A stretch of 20,000 nucleotides of DNA, taken from contig JAYWIR010000095.1 of the NCBI GenBank assembly GCA_036172245.1, positions 231,793-251,792 on the forward strand, written 5' to 3'. The notes beneath the pieces were generated by a model. It saw only the letters and a list, made by a program, of their open reading frames with translations. It did not search any database and was not told the DNA's origin. Position 1 is the first letter of the stretch. Every line of letters begins with the position of its first letter. Origin of the DNA: Raillietiella orientalis (Eukaryota). The position numbers were made by a program, and so were the translations under genes. Below are positions 10,406 to 20,000 of this stretch, in pieces.

Positions 10406-10411
10406 AATAAA
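10406..10411 (+). promoter_or_regulatory. Candidate intronic polyadenylation signal AATAAA in the intron after Ig3
   Basis: ggaaaAATAAAaagac. It is the only + strand AATAAA I noticed downstream of the Ig3 exon. No clear GU-rich downstream element. Confidence 0.25.
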
Positions 10412-12822
10412 AAGACGAAGGGTAGCTGCAGCCCAGCTCGCGCAGTTCCTATCAAGCACCCGCAAAGGACGAGGCGCCACAGGGTGACCTCGCGCATCCC
10501 ATGCTGTGGAAACATCCACTCCACGCACATCGGAGGAAGAACACCGAAAGAGCTGGAAAGCAATTGGCAGCCGGAAAAACTCGAAGAGCTGCCCTAAAGA
10601 CGAGTGAGCAACCGAGGACTGCATTCTGGAGGCGCACCGGAATCAAACGCAGGCAACGAGCGCCTGCGAACGGCAGCTGAGACGGCCAGGACGGATAGGA
10701 AATGCAGTGCTTCCTTAAATTGTGTCCTTGAACAACGAAGACAGGACGCGCGCTGTTGCAGCAGCGAACGGAAACCGATTCTTCGTGGAAGCAGATTGCG
10801 TCGCGGGCTACGTTGCTTCTTGTGGACTGTGCGACCTGTGACCTCCGACGGACAGGTTGCTTGAGATTGCACGTCAGAAGAAAGGCGGGCACAGCTCCTT
10901 CCCTCCAAGTGCGTAGCCATTCGCGAACAAACCAGGATTGCCGGAAGCAAACGGAGGGCCTGCTCAGCCAGGGCCGCACGGACGATGCCTTTGCCTCGTT
11001 TCTCGAGGAACACGGACCCACCAGCCTGGGCTAAGGCTTCCTACCAGCTGCCATGCAAAGCTCAGTCCGGCCGTGCCGCGAACACGCCCTCCGGCGTTTC
11101 CGCTTTCAATTGCCGCGACGGACGTTCGCGCCGCTGCCAACCGATCCCTGCGAAACCGCGCGCGGCCCTCCGTTTTCGCATCGACGAGTTCGTTCGTCCA
11201 GAGCTGACCAATTGACCGGCGCGTGTCTCAACCGGAAGGCGGGCAGCCCGGCAACCGGCCAGTGACAACCAACCCGGTCGGCGTGAAGCACTTTCGTCTT
11301 CCGGTATCACAAGGGGCGCTAGGTAGCGTCACACTCGTCCCCGGAAGCGCCCTTCACCTTCTCAGCGTCCCGCATGCCCGCTTCGGGGAGACGTGGTTAC
11401 CGCATTCCCGCGGGATGGTCGGAGGCGCCGCTTCTTCCGAAACGACGGCTGCTGAGGTCAACCGAGGCCGTTAGCGAAATTCCCAAAGAAACTCTGCACG
11501 GAGTTGCAAGCGGGCACGGGAGGAAGGTGGGCGGAAAGATCGGAAGCCCTCCTTCCGCTCCTGCAAATCCGTCTCGGCCTTTCGCTCATCCATCCCTTCC
11601 GACGGGGGAAGGAGGAGCGAGGACTGGGGGTTCACGCATCTCCGGGATCCTCCGGATTGCCAATCCCAATTGCGTCCGGTTGGTAACAGCAGGAATCGCT
11701 CTGTTCACAGGACGGGGTCATGTTGTCCACTTTGCAGGCATTCGGGCTCGAAAGCCCCCAGGCACTTCGCACCTCTGCTTTCGCAGACTCGGGCGCATCC
11801 TACGTTCCTTTACTCGAGGAGGAAATCCCGAGATGCTGTCAGGATGAGAGCGAAGGCCGTCCGCTACGCTAGGGAAGAAGAAGACTAATGGAAGCACCGC
11901 ACGGTTCCCGCCCGCGTTTGCTTCAGGAAAGACTGCCGGGAGCGTTTCGGAAACTGCATTCGCATTCGAGATGGCAGGCTGTGAACGTCAACACCAATTG
12001 AATTCCGTCCGCTGCGTGGCGACGGTCGCAGCGTCGAATTTCACCTTCCGAACAACCCTTTGCACGTGGAATGTGCTCTTCCCACCCGCTCGCCAAATCG
12101 TAACTCGGAACTTGAGCACGCATCTCGGGGAGACGAAGCGTCTTCCCAGCGGGAAGCCGAAAAGGAACGGACGAGGGAGGAGGGCGCAGACGACTACCGG
12201 CCGGAAGCGTTCGAGGTCGGTGAAAACGAAGATGTTCCGGTTGTCCGGCCGAGACCGCATGCGATCATGGCAGCGAAAGAGCTTCGGCAGTGGATCGGTG
12301 GTTTCTCCGCGCGCCTTCCGAGCGCGAAGGTCGCACGAGGCGGCAAACAGCCTTGCACGTTGCTGCATTGCACGCATAGCCTCCCCTCCTCGCCCTGCGT
12401 TCTTCGGACACACTATCTGCCGTCGTGCTGCGACGCGTCCTGCTGCCTTGCTGCGGCACAGGGGACTTGCATTCCGTTTCGGCTTTCCACCAGAAGAGCA
12501 CGCACGTGCATCGCGATCGACTTTGCTGCCAACCCCCCGAACAAGACGCACCAGAGAAAAGCGGGAAATCTCACGCGCCCCCTTCCCCCCGAGTGCCGCG
12601 CTCTCCCGGAAGACGCGCGTCGCAACCCGCGTGGGGCCCCGTGCGGTCCGCGGACGGCGCGTTTTTCCTCTTTGCGTCTGCTGCGCGAAGCGCCAACGGC
12701 AGCCTTCTGCAACGCATTTTGCCTCTGGCAGATGACACTTCTAGGCGCACCATCGGACCTGTCCTTCGTTCCCCTCGGCTACCCGCGCGCCGCGCCTCAA
12801 CCCCCCGTTCTCCGTGTTTCAG

Positions 12823-12888
12823 ATTCCCCGGAGGCTCTCACAGGGAAGACGCTTCTGCCACACGATGCCCGTTTCGTCGCCGATCGAG
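12823..12888 (+). CDS. Predicted exon F: 22-codon membrane-proximal linker (DSPEALTGKTLLPHDARFVADR)
   Basis: Strong acceptor ccccgttctccgtgtttcag|AT and donor CGAG|GTGAGC. Phase 1-1, 66 nt, open frame, followed by a 61-nt GT-AG intron. There is no conserved motif, so the assignment rests on splice signals and phase. Confidence 0.7.
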
Positions 12889-12949
12889 GTGAGCTGATGG
12901 TCGCGCGCACCTCCTATTTCGTAATTTCAAATGATTCCTCGTCTTCCAG

Positions 12950-13125
12950 ATCGCTTCAGTGACCGCCGAAACATCGCGGAATTCAAAGTTCCTCGAGTTG
13001 ATGCGGGTGCGCATCCTCCGATGTCGTCTTCCCGGAGCGACACACCAAGCCCCCGCCTCTTTGCGGGAGGGCGTCCCACGAGAGGAATTCGCTGGCTGCC
13101 CCTGCTGTTCGCCATGGCGTGGTGA
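12950..13125 (+). CDS. Predicted terminal exon G with GPI-anchor-signal-like tail (DRFSDRRNIAEFKVPRVDAGAHPPMSSSRSDTPSPRLFAGGRPTRGIRWLPLLFAMAW*)
   Basis: Acceptor ttcctcgtcttccag|AT (phase 1) and TGA at 13123-13125. Small-residue omega-site candidates (SSS, AGG), a polar spacer, and a hydrophobic end WLPLLFAMAW with no cytoplasmic tail, as expected for GPI-linked DIP/Lachesin proteins. Confidence 0.72.
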
Positions 13126-16100
13126 CGAACACGCGGCCCACGGAGCAGGCTGCAACCTGGCAACCAGACGGCACCAGACGTACGGCTGCACAGCGAACCT
13201 CCAAACGGAAGCTCGGCACTCGGCCCGGCGGATACAGGAGATCAGCGGCGGAGAAACTGAGAGGGAGCCTTCGAAGTCCTCTTGCATTCGTGTGCAAATA
13301 CACCATCGTGAGGGTCGCGGGAATCCGCACGGATGTGCCTTCTTTTTGGGAGGGGTCTGGCGAACAACGGGCAGCGTTGCGAGGTCTCCCATGAGCAAAC
13401 AGCTGCCCGCACATTCGCGTTCATGCACTGCGAACGTTCCCCATCCTTGAATTGCGTTAGCCGTCCCCTGGAAGCGTGTTCGGAGGGTCAGCCGGCGCCT
13501 GCGACGGTTCCCCTTCGCCGGCAGGGTGAGCAAAGGAAGAAAGGAAAGCGCACACGCTGCAGTGTGGCCCTCTCGGTATGCCGTGGTCGCACGCTTGTCA
13601 GCAGCTACGCCGTGGGCCAACTCGCAGACCACGCCCTTCTTGCCTCGCTTCGCTTCCCCTTCCCGATGGCCGGCCGCACTCTTCACTCTCTTTTGTTTGC
13701 CGGTGGGCGACCATCCCTCGGAATTCGGTGTGTTCCTCTCGGCAGTCCGAGGCAGCTCACCTCTCGGGCTACGGGAGGGACGCTTCGGCGCCGCGTGCAC
13801 CGAACCCAAACGTGCAGAGCAACCAATCTTCCCAGGTTCCACACCGAGGTCGATGCAGCATTTCTGCTATCGGCAAGTTGACTTCCAGCTCACTTCCCGG
13901 CATCCAGCTCTGCCCAGCAACGAGCTCGTCTTCCGGCTCCCCAGGGGTGGGGTGCTCTGGCCTCTCGGAAGGGAATCTACCGCTGCAATATCACCGGTGG
14001 CACGGTGACCTGTTCGTCGACTCTCCTCCTCCTCGAGCGCCACTTCAAGCGCGACCATGAACTGGCCGCGTGCTGCGGACCACGGCCAGGCTTTCGTACT
14101 TCCGTTCCGGAACTTCCTCTCCTGCAGGTCTCCCTGTAGCAGTGTTTTGTGTGCGAAATGCTAAGGGAGGAAAAAAAGCACCCGGATTACTACGGCGGGA
14201 AACGTTTTTTCTCCCATTTTTTGTCCCGGAACGTCCTCTCCACAATCGGAGGTTGATGAACGTTCGTTTCACCCACGTGAAAAGTCGGAACCTGCGCCGC
14301 CCCTGTTAAATGGGAGGCGTTTTTCAGGGGATGCGGAAGTCTCGTTCGGGAGCAATTTCCCTTTTCGTGCCTGTAATGGCCTCGGAAAGCTGTCCTTCGT
14401 AATTCTCGCCCGATTGATGCAGCTTCGCTCCGGAGAGGGAAGGGAAGCAGCGGCGTGGCACATCGCTGCGCGCGCACCTTCTTCGGCACCGGCCACCCGC
14501 CGGCAAACAGGCACCTTCGACAAGCCCACTGCATTTCTGCATCCTTCCTGCGATGCATCCACCTTTCCTTTCCTTCCGTGCCACCGCGGTAGGCTTTCTT
14601 CGCGAGCATGCCGCATCGTCAAGCGGCGCGCAGCTCCTCCTCTCTCGTTCAGCGTGCAATTCCCACCCACGCGCGCACGCGCCATGCCGTTGCGGCAACG
14701 CCACTTCCCGGAAGAGGGGGCGCATGCGAAATTCGGTTTCCATCGGACCGGTTCGCGGACGCCACCCCCGTGCAAGGCAAGCGACAGCCGACGACATCTT
14801 TCCTGCCGCCCGGGAAATTCACTTCCGCCTCCCGCAACGCACTCCGTTCCGGTGCGTCTTTTGCGAAACGGGAGTGTTCGCTTGACTCGGAGAACGCAGA
14901 CCAACTCTCCGTGCGTGACCTCGGTCAACTCCCACCTTGCACGTCCACTTCGGAGCGCACCTCTCCTGAGCCACGTACGGAAGTTTCCCGGCGGAGCGTG
15001 ACCGCTCCCCCCAACATCCAATGGATCCGGCGGAACGGTGCGTGTCAAACAAGGACAAGCGGCGGCGTGAGCCGTCACCTCGAGCTGCAGAACTGAGGAT
15101 AGAGAGCGGGTCGAGGGCACAGCGTTGATTTTGCACTCATCCGTGGGACGCTGGCGACCCTACAGCTGCTCAGCACAGAGGAATGATGGGAATCGGACGG
15201 CAGCACCTCTGCCGTCCGAGGTCGCGGTTAGGCCCACCAGCACGCTCCTGACACGACGAGCCATCCTTTGCCAGGAATCCTCTCGCTCGGATCCACGGGC
15301 GAAGGTGGACCACAGGAGAAAGATGGCCAGCTCGTGACCCGCAGCGAGTACGATCTGCTGACCGTGCTCTGCAAACCGAAGCCGTAAGTCGGCCAAGCGC
15401 CGGCCGTCGCCGACGGGAATCTTCGGCGGCGCCGCTGTGCTTTGCAGCCGACAGGAGGAGGAAAAATGGCTCCTTCCTGGACGCGCTTCCCTTGCTCTTT
15501 GCTGATTCCGAGGATGGCAATCAGCCCGCAAAAGGAGCACGAAGGAGTCCGCACTATCTCGGAGCAGTCGCCGCCGCACCGGCTCCCCTATGGGCGAATC
15601 AACAGCAGGCACGCTGCGCAAGAGCACAACCACGCAATCCGCCGCGGCCGTCCTTTCCTCTGGCTGCAAAGTCAGCCGAGCTACTCCAACCTGCAAAGCG
15701 GTCCCGACCGCGAGTGCACGCCAGCATCGTCTCGGGGAAGACTTTCAGTTCAGTATCAGTTCGCTATCCGAATCCCGCTGGCCACTTTGTCAAAAACGTT
15801 CGTTGCCCGCGTAAGAAGTCACGCATGCGGCTGCGACGAGGGACGAGAAACGTCCTCGGAGAAGCAATCTGCTGTGAGCCTTCCGCCTCTCGGAACCACA
15901 GGAAGCAGCAGACACGCGAAGAAGTGCTCGCATTTGCGGTACAGCTTGAGTGCCTCCAGCATCCGGGACATCCGGCTTCCGAACCAGGATCCGCGTTCCA
16001 ATCGAAAGCCTCGTTCGGTATGACCGCCGTCGCAGAAAAGTTCCCCGGAGGGGAGCAGCTGCAAGAATTCCATTCTCGAGGGCTTCCACGCGACGCTGCT

Positions 16101-16175
16101 TCGCTTCCGACGCAAACAGATCGCCCAGCAGTCCTTCCTCCTCCTGCAAGAACCACCTTGCTTTCCACTCCCCGT

Positions 16176-16209
16176 GTCCACTGTGGATCCAAGCGGCTCC
16201 ACGGTGGAC
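16176..16209. repeat. Inverted repeat, 12-bp stem with one G-T wobble
   Basis: 16176-16187 GTCCACTGTGGA pairs with 16198-16209 TCCACGGTGGAC. Confidence 0.75.
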
Positions 16210-19200
16210 GAGGAGCAGCAGTGCGCCTTTGGGTCGCGCGCGTGCAGTGGCCAACACGGAACGCTGGTGCTCGTTCCGTGCAAGGATCAAGCATTTTCCC
16301 AGAGGAAAGGCCAGGGGTGGACGAAACGCGTGTACGCTGCTCTTCGATTCGGAAGAAGCGATTGCCATCGGAAGAATGCGGATGCGTGCAAGCAGATTGC
16401 ACTCGGCCGCATCCTCCAACACGCTGCGCCTTGCGCACTACGCCTGCCGAGCAAGGCTCGTTAGGGGGATGCATGCAACAGCATGCATCCATCAGATACC
16501 GCATGGCTGACGAGGGTGCGAGCAATGACGGTGCTTACGCGATGAAAGTGGGCCATCGTGGCAGCGAGGTCTGCAGAGAGTGCGGTTGTCGACGCCAACC
16601 TTCGCAAGGAAAAAGGGCGGTACCCTGCGCATGTGACGAGCGACCTCCGTGCACGCTTCTCCGCACGTTCCGGTTGTTGTTGACTTTTTCGCCTGAACAG
16701 TCGGCATCCACTGGACAGTGATATGCAGCTGGTCACTCGTTTCCTTCGCGCGTTCCCTTACTCTTCCTTGAACCGAAAGGAAAGCGGTCTATCACGCGCA
16801 CGTGCACGCACGCATGCAAAGGCGTTGGACCAGCGGTGGCGACAGTTTCCTCGGAAAGCGAAAGAAGCAAACACTCCCGGAAGTCTGAGGCGTTTGCAGG
16901 GCGGTCGTCCTTCTTCGTGCTCCGGATGGCCAAGGAGAAACGGAACTGCGAGTGCATTGCTTCGCAAAGATCTCCCCAGTCCCCGCGGCCAACGGTGCGT
17001 TTCCCTTGCGTCCCGTTTCTTGCAAGACACGGGCACAACGGCTCCCATTGTGACCGCTTCTTGCTTGCGCGTTGCTCTTTCAGCGTCCCGTCTCTTCTTC
17101 GAACGCATGGAAAGGCTTCCCTGTCGGCCTTCCGGCGTTGCAAGCGAAGTGAGAATCGCTCGGCGGTTTGCAAAGAGAGAGAGGAGAAAACCTGGAGCGC
17201 TCGAAGGGAAAATTGCCCTCTCCGATGAGGTCGATCCTTTCGTACCTACTCGTTCGGTTCCGGAAAAGACGACGACACATGGAAAGAATCCTTCTCCGAC
17301 TGCAAGCATCCGCGCCACCGCCGGCCCCGCGGCGTGCGTTCGCGAAAGTGAGCATAAAGAAAACTCTCCCGAAATTCGTCCTCGTGTCGACGGTTGTCGT
17401 CAAAATGAAGGCGTTCCACTTGGTTACCACTTCGGCCACTTCCGCTGCTTCGCGTGCTTCTCTCTCACCGTGCACATCGCGCAGACGTGGACGCACGTGG
17501 GCACCGGAATGGGACGCAGCCGCCTTCCAAGCACGCCTCCTGCTGCTCCCACCTCCATCCCAAATGCTGCCTGCCATCGTTCTCGACGGGACTGTGCGGT
17601 TGCAGCTTCCGACCACGCGCGTTCTTTTGCTTTTCGCAAGCTCCTCCGCTTTTCGGTTTCTGTCCTCATCGACGGGATTTCGAAGCACGTGCGCAGTCCA
17701 CCCCCTGTCCTCGAGCGGAGAGCATCTTCCGAGGGAAGCAGAAATGGAAGCGTGCAAAAGGCAACTGGCAGCTTTCCAGAATGTCTCGGACACGGACGGA
17801 ACCGAGAAAACCGTGAAGCTTGCCGAACGGGCACTCCTCGAAATGCAGCCGTTCAGGGTAGCGCAGCTGTCCCATGTTGTGGACGCCACGAACCTTGGAA
17901 CGCGTCGAGCAGCGCTCCGGCGCCCACCTGGCACGCGGAGAACCAAAGGGCGAACGGAAAGCAGCGGCGCACCCGAATGGCCAAGCATGCGCCATTCTGG
18001 CCGTCCGCCGTGTCATGCACCGCGGTCGGAGCCGTCTTCGTCTTCGGCAGCCACGAGCTCGCTTCGAGCGGCCCCGCCCATTTGCTGCAAGAGTCCAAGG
18101 GCAGCAGCGAACCCATCGTCGCTCCGGAATCGAACGCTGTCTGCACCGAATCGGGGAGCGGTTTTCGCGCTCGGTCGCCTCTTCTGCAATCTCTCGATCG
18201 CTGCTGCAACGCAAGCCCGACGGGCAGCGTCCCTCCACCCAACTGCCCACTGACGTCTCAATGGACAATCCCCATTTGTGCAGCTTTGTTTTTGGCTGGC
18301 GACGAACCGTTCGAACTTGCTGCTGCAGCTGCGATCCTGCGTGTCAAACGGGAACAACTTCAAGTCGAGTGCTGGTTATCTGGGAAGAGGGGAAAAAAAA
18401 CAAAAACAAAGGAAGGAATCCCTCACGTCCCTCGACTCCTTCTTTCCGTAAAGTGTCCCTCGTGATGCAGCTGCGCTTGAACGGGCGAGTGTTCAGTGGG
18501 GGAAGCAAACGCAACCTGAAGACCTTTGGCTCTGTTCGTTGATTGCGAAGCGCGAGGGTGCGTCGCGTGGGCGTTTCTCGTCTTTCAAAGCACGGACCGC
18601 CGGCAGGAAGAAGAGGTTTCGCGAGAGCAGCCTTCAGCAACCGATTGCCTCGAAATGATCGCCAAGAGATGCCGCTGGAGGTACTCTCCCCGTGCGAGGG
18701 AAAGCCTTTCTCCTTCCTGGCGTTCGGTCCACCGAGAGTTTCTGTTCCGCCGGGAACGATTGTTCCGAGGAGGAAGCTCGGATGGCGAGCGCTCATCCTC
18801 CCTGACGTCGACTCGTTGAACCCGTGAAAGGCGCGCTTCCCGAAACCAAGCGTGGACGCTGGAAACAGGACGAGCGGACGTGCGTTTGCGAGTGCTCCGT
18901 CTCGGCGCCCGACTCTCACCGTGGCGGCCCTTGTCCACAGCGTGCGCGCGTCAGGAGCAGTCGCCGAAGACGCTGGTCGCCCGCCACGCCCGGACAGGAC
19001 AGCATCGCGTGGCGCACCGCAGAGGCTTCCCTTTCCCTTCCCTTTCTGGCCGCTCGCTCTTCTCTCAGCCCTGCCGTGAGCCGTGCTGATGGCCCGGGAG
19101 GTCGGAATAATCCGATTGCGGCTGCAAAACGCAGACTTGTGGATGCATAGCAGAAGCGCGGGCCGTGTCCACTTCGGTTTCCGCGGGATGAAGTAATTCG

Positions 19201-20000
19201 AGCTCTGTTTGGGAACCCTGGTATGGTCTTTCGTACCTGTTTCTTTCTAAAGGATGGCGGACACGAAACAAGCGCGGGGTAGGAAAAGTGCGGGAAGCAG
19301 ATCGGATGGCGGTGCCCGCGTTCCGGTCCGATTGGATTGGCATTGGCTTCTGGCAAGCGTCGAATGCGTCCAGCTGGTCATCGGAGCGGGCACTTGGCGG
19401 GAGCAAGGGACCGTGGTTGCGGCCATTTCGCTGCACCGAGGAGCGACCTCTCGGGTGCAGCCCGCTGGCTGCTGCTTCGTGCCATGCGATTGCGTCGACG
19501 CTCTTCCGATGAGCGCGCTGCGACTGCGAGCCACGGGAATTCGCTTGCCCGGCCTTCCTGGGCCCATTCTGCCTTTGCGCCCAACTTGACGATTCTTCTT
19601 CCAATGTCCGTGATGGGTGTGCGCTTTTGCTGTTCTCCAGAGGGCAGGTGGTCTGCGTGGAACGCTTCTTCCATTCCGGTGGTGGGAAAGCCCTATTTCT
19701 GCGTGCGCGGATGTTTTCAGGCGGCCGTTTCTTGCGGGCCGCCGCGGTCATTTGGGTATTCGGGAAAGCGTTCCTGTTTCTTTCCCGTTTCGTGAGGTCG
19801 TTGTTTTATCAGACAGGCTCTTTTGCGGCTGGTGAAAGCATACCGTGCTGCCAAACGGCTGCCCTCACCTTTGGTGGAGAAACGCGGGATCGCGCATCTG
19901 GTTTGCCTTGTGATGGGCGTTTGAGTTGGCTCATGGAATCATCCTTTGGAGATTATCGTATGCTTAGAAAGGACGCTTTTTCCTTTTTGTTTTATTTGCG

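Larger units (their letters stand above)
3440..13125 (+). other. Spliced gene (5'-partial): three-Ig-domain DIP/Lachesin/Amalgam-like neural cell adhesion molecule, probably GPI-anchored
   Basis: Seven exons join in frame (119+211+159+129+294+66+176 = 1154 nt, plus 1 nt from a missing upstream exon = 385 codons including the stop). Introns 3559-4634, 4846-5486, 5646-7242, 7372-8374, 8669-12822 and 12889-12949 are all GT-AG. Three Ig Cys/Trp/Cys cores are present: LLC..VAW..YMC, LTC..IYW..YLC and LEC..SLW..YKC. Motifs EPEF..NITV..GRD, YMCQINT, VPPDI....S.D..V.EG.NVTL.C and YLCVASNGVPPSVSKRI are typical of arthropod DIP/Lachesin proteins (recognised from memory, no search run). Confidence 0.93.

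Noticed and set aside
11474..11526. EIPKET-like stretch with donor AAG|GTGGGC as a possible post-Ig3 exon
   Set aside because: The available AG acceptor and the donor do not give phase 1-1 in that frame.
15492..16721. 409-aa ORF
   Set aside because: Non-ATG start, no transposase, reverse transcriptase or other motif recognised, and composition typical of non-coding GC-rich DNA.
1..20000. Prokaryotic systems (operons, CRISPR arrays, defence islands), tRNA/rRNA genes, intact transposons
   Set aside because: The window is spliceosomal-intron-containing animal DNA. I saw no repeat-spacer array, RNA gene signature, terminal repeats with target-site duplications, or mobile-element ORFs.

Overview
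GC- and CpG-rich eukaryotic genomic DNA, most likely from an arthropod. The species cannot be determined from the sequence. The one well-supported gene is on the + strand: a spliced three-Ig-domain cell-surface adhesion protein of the DIP (Dpr-interacting protein)/Lachesin/Amalgam (IgLON-like) group. I reconstruct seven coding exons (3440-3558, 4635-4845, 5487-5645, 7243-7371, 8375-8668, 12823-12888, 12950-13125). All introns are GT-AG with consistent phases (0,1,1,1,1,1), giving about 384 aa that ends in a GPI-signal-like hydrophobic tail. The Met/signal-peptide exon was not found and probably lies upstream of the window. Almost all ORFs in the six-frame track look like chance ORFs of high-GC non-coding DNA. 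I see no prokaryotic system, CRISPR array, RNA gene or recognisable transposon. The most interesting leads are candidate isoform switches in this gene: secreted versus GPI-anchored forms, in-frame tandem acceptors in Ig1, a 66-nt Ig1/Ig2 cassette exon and a poison exon. There are also a few hairpins. All of these leads are predictions that need RNA data.
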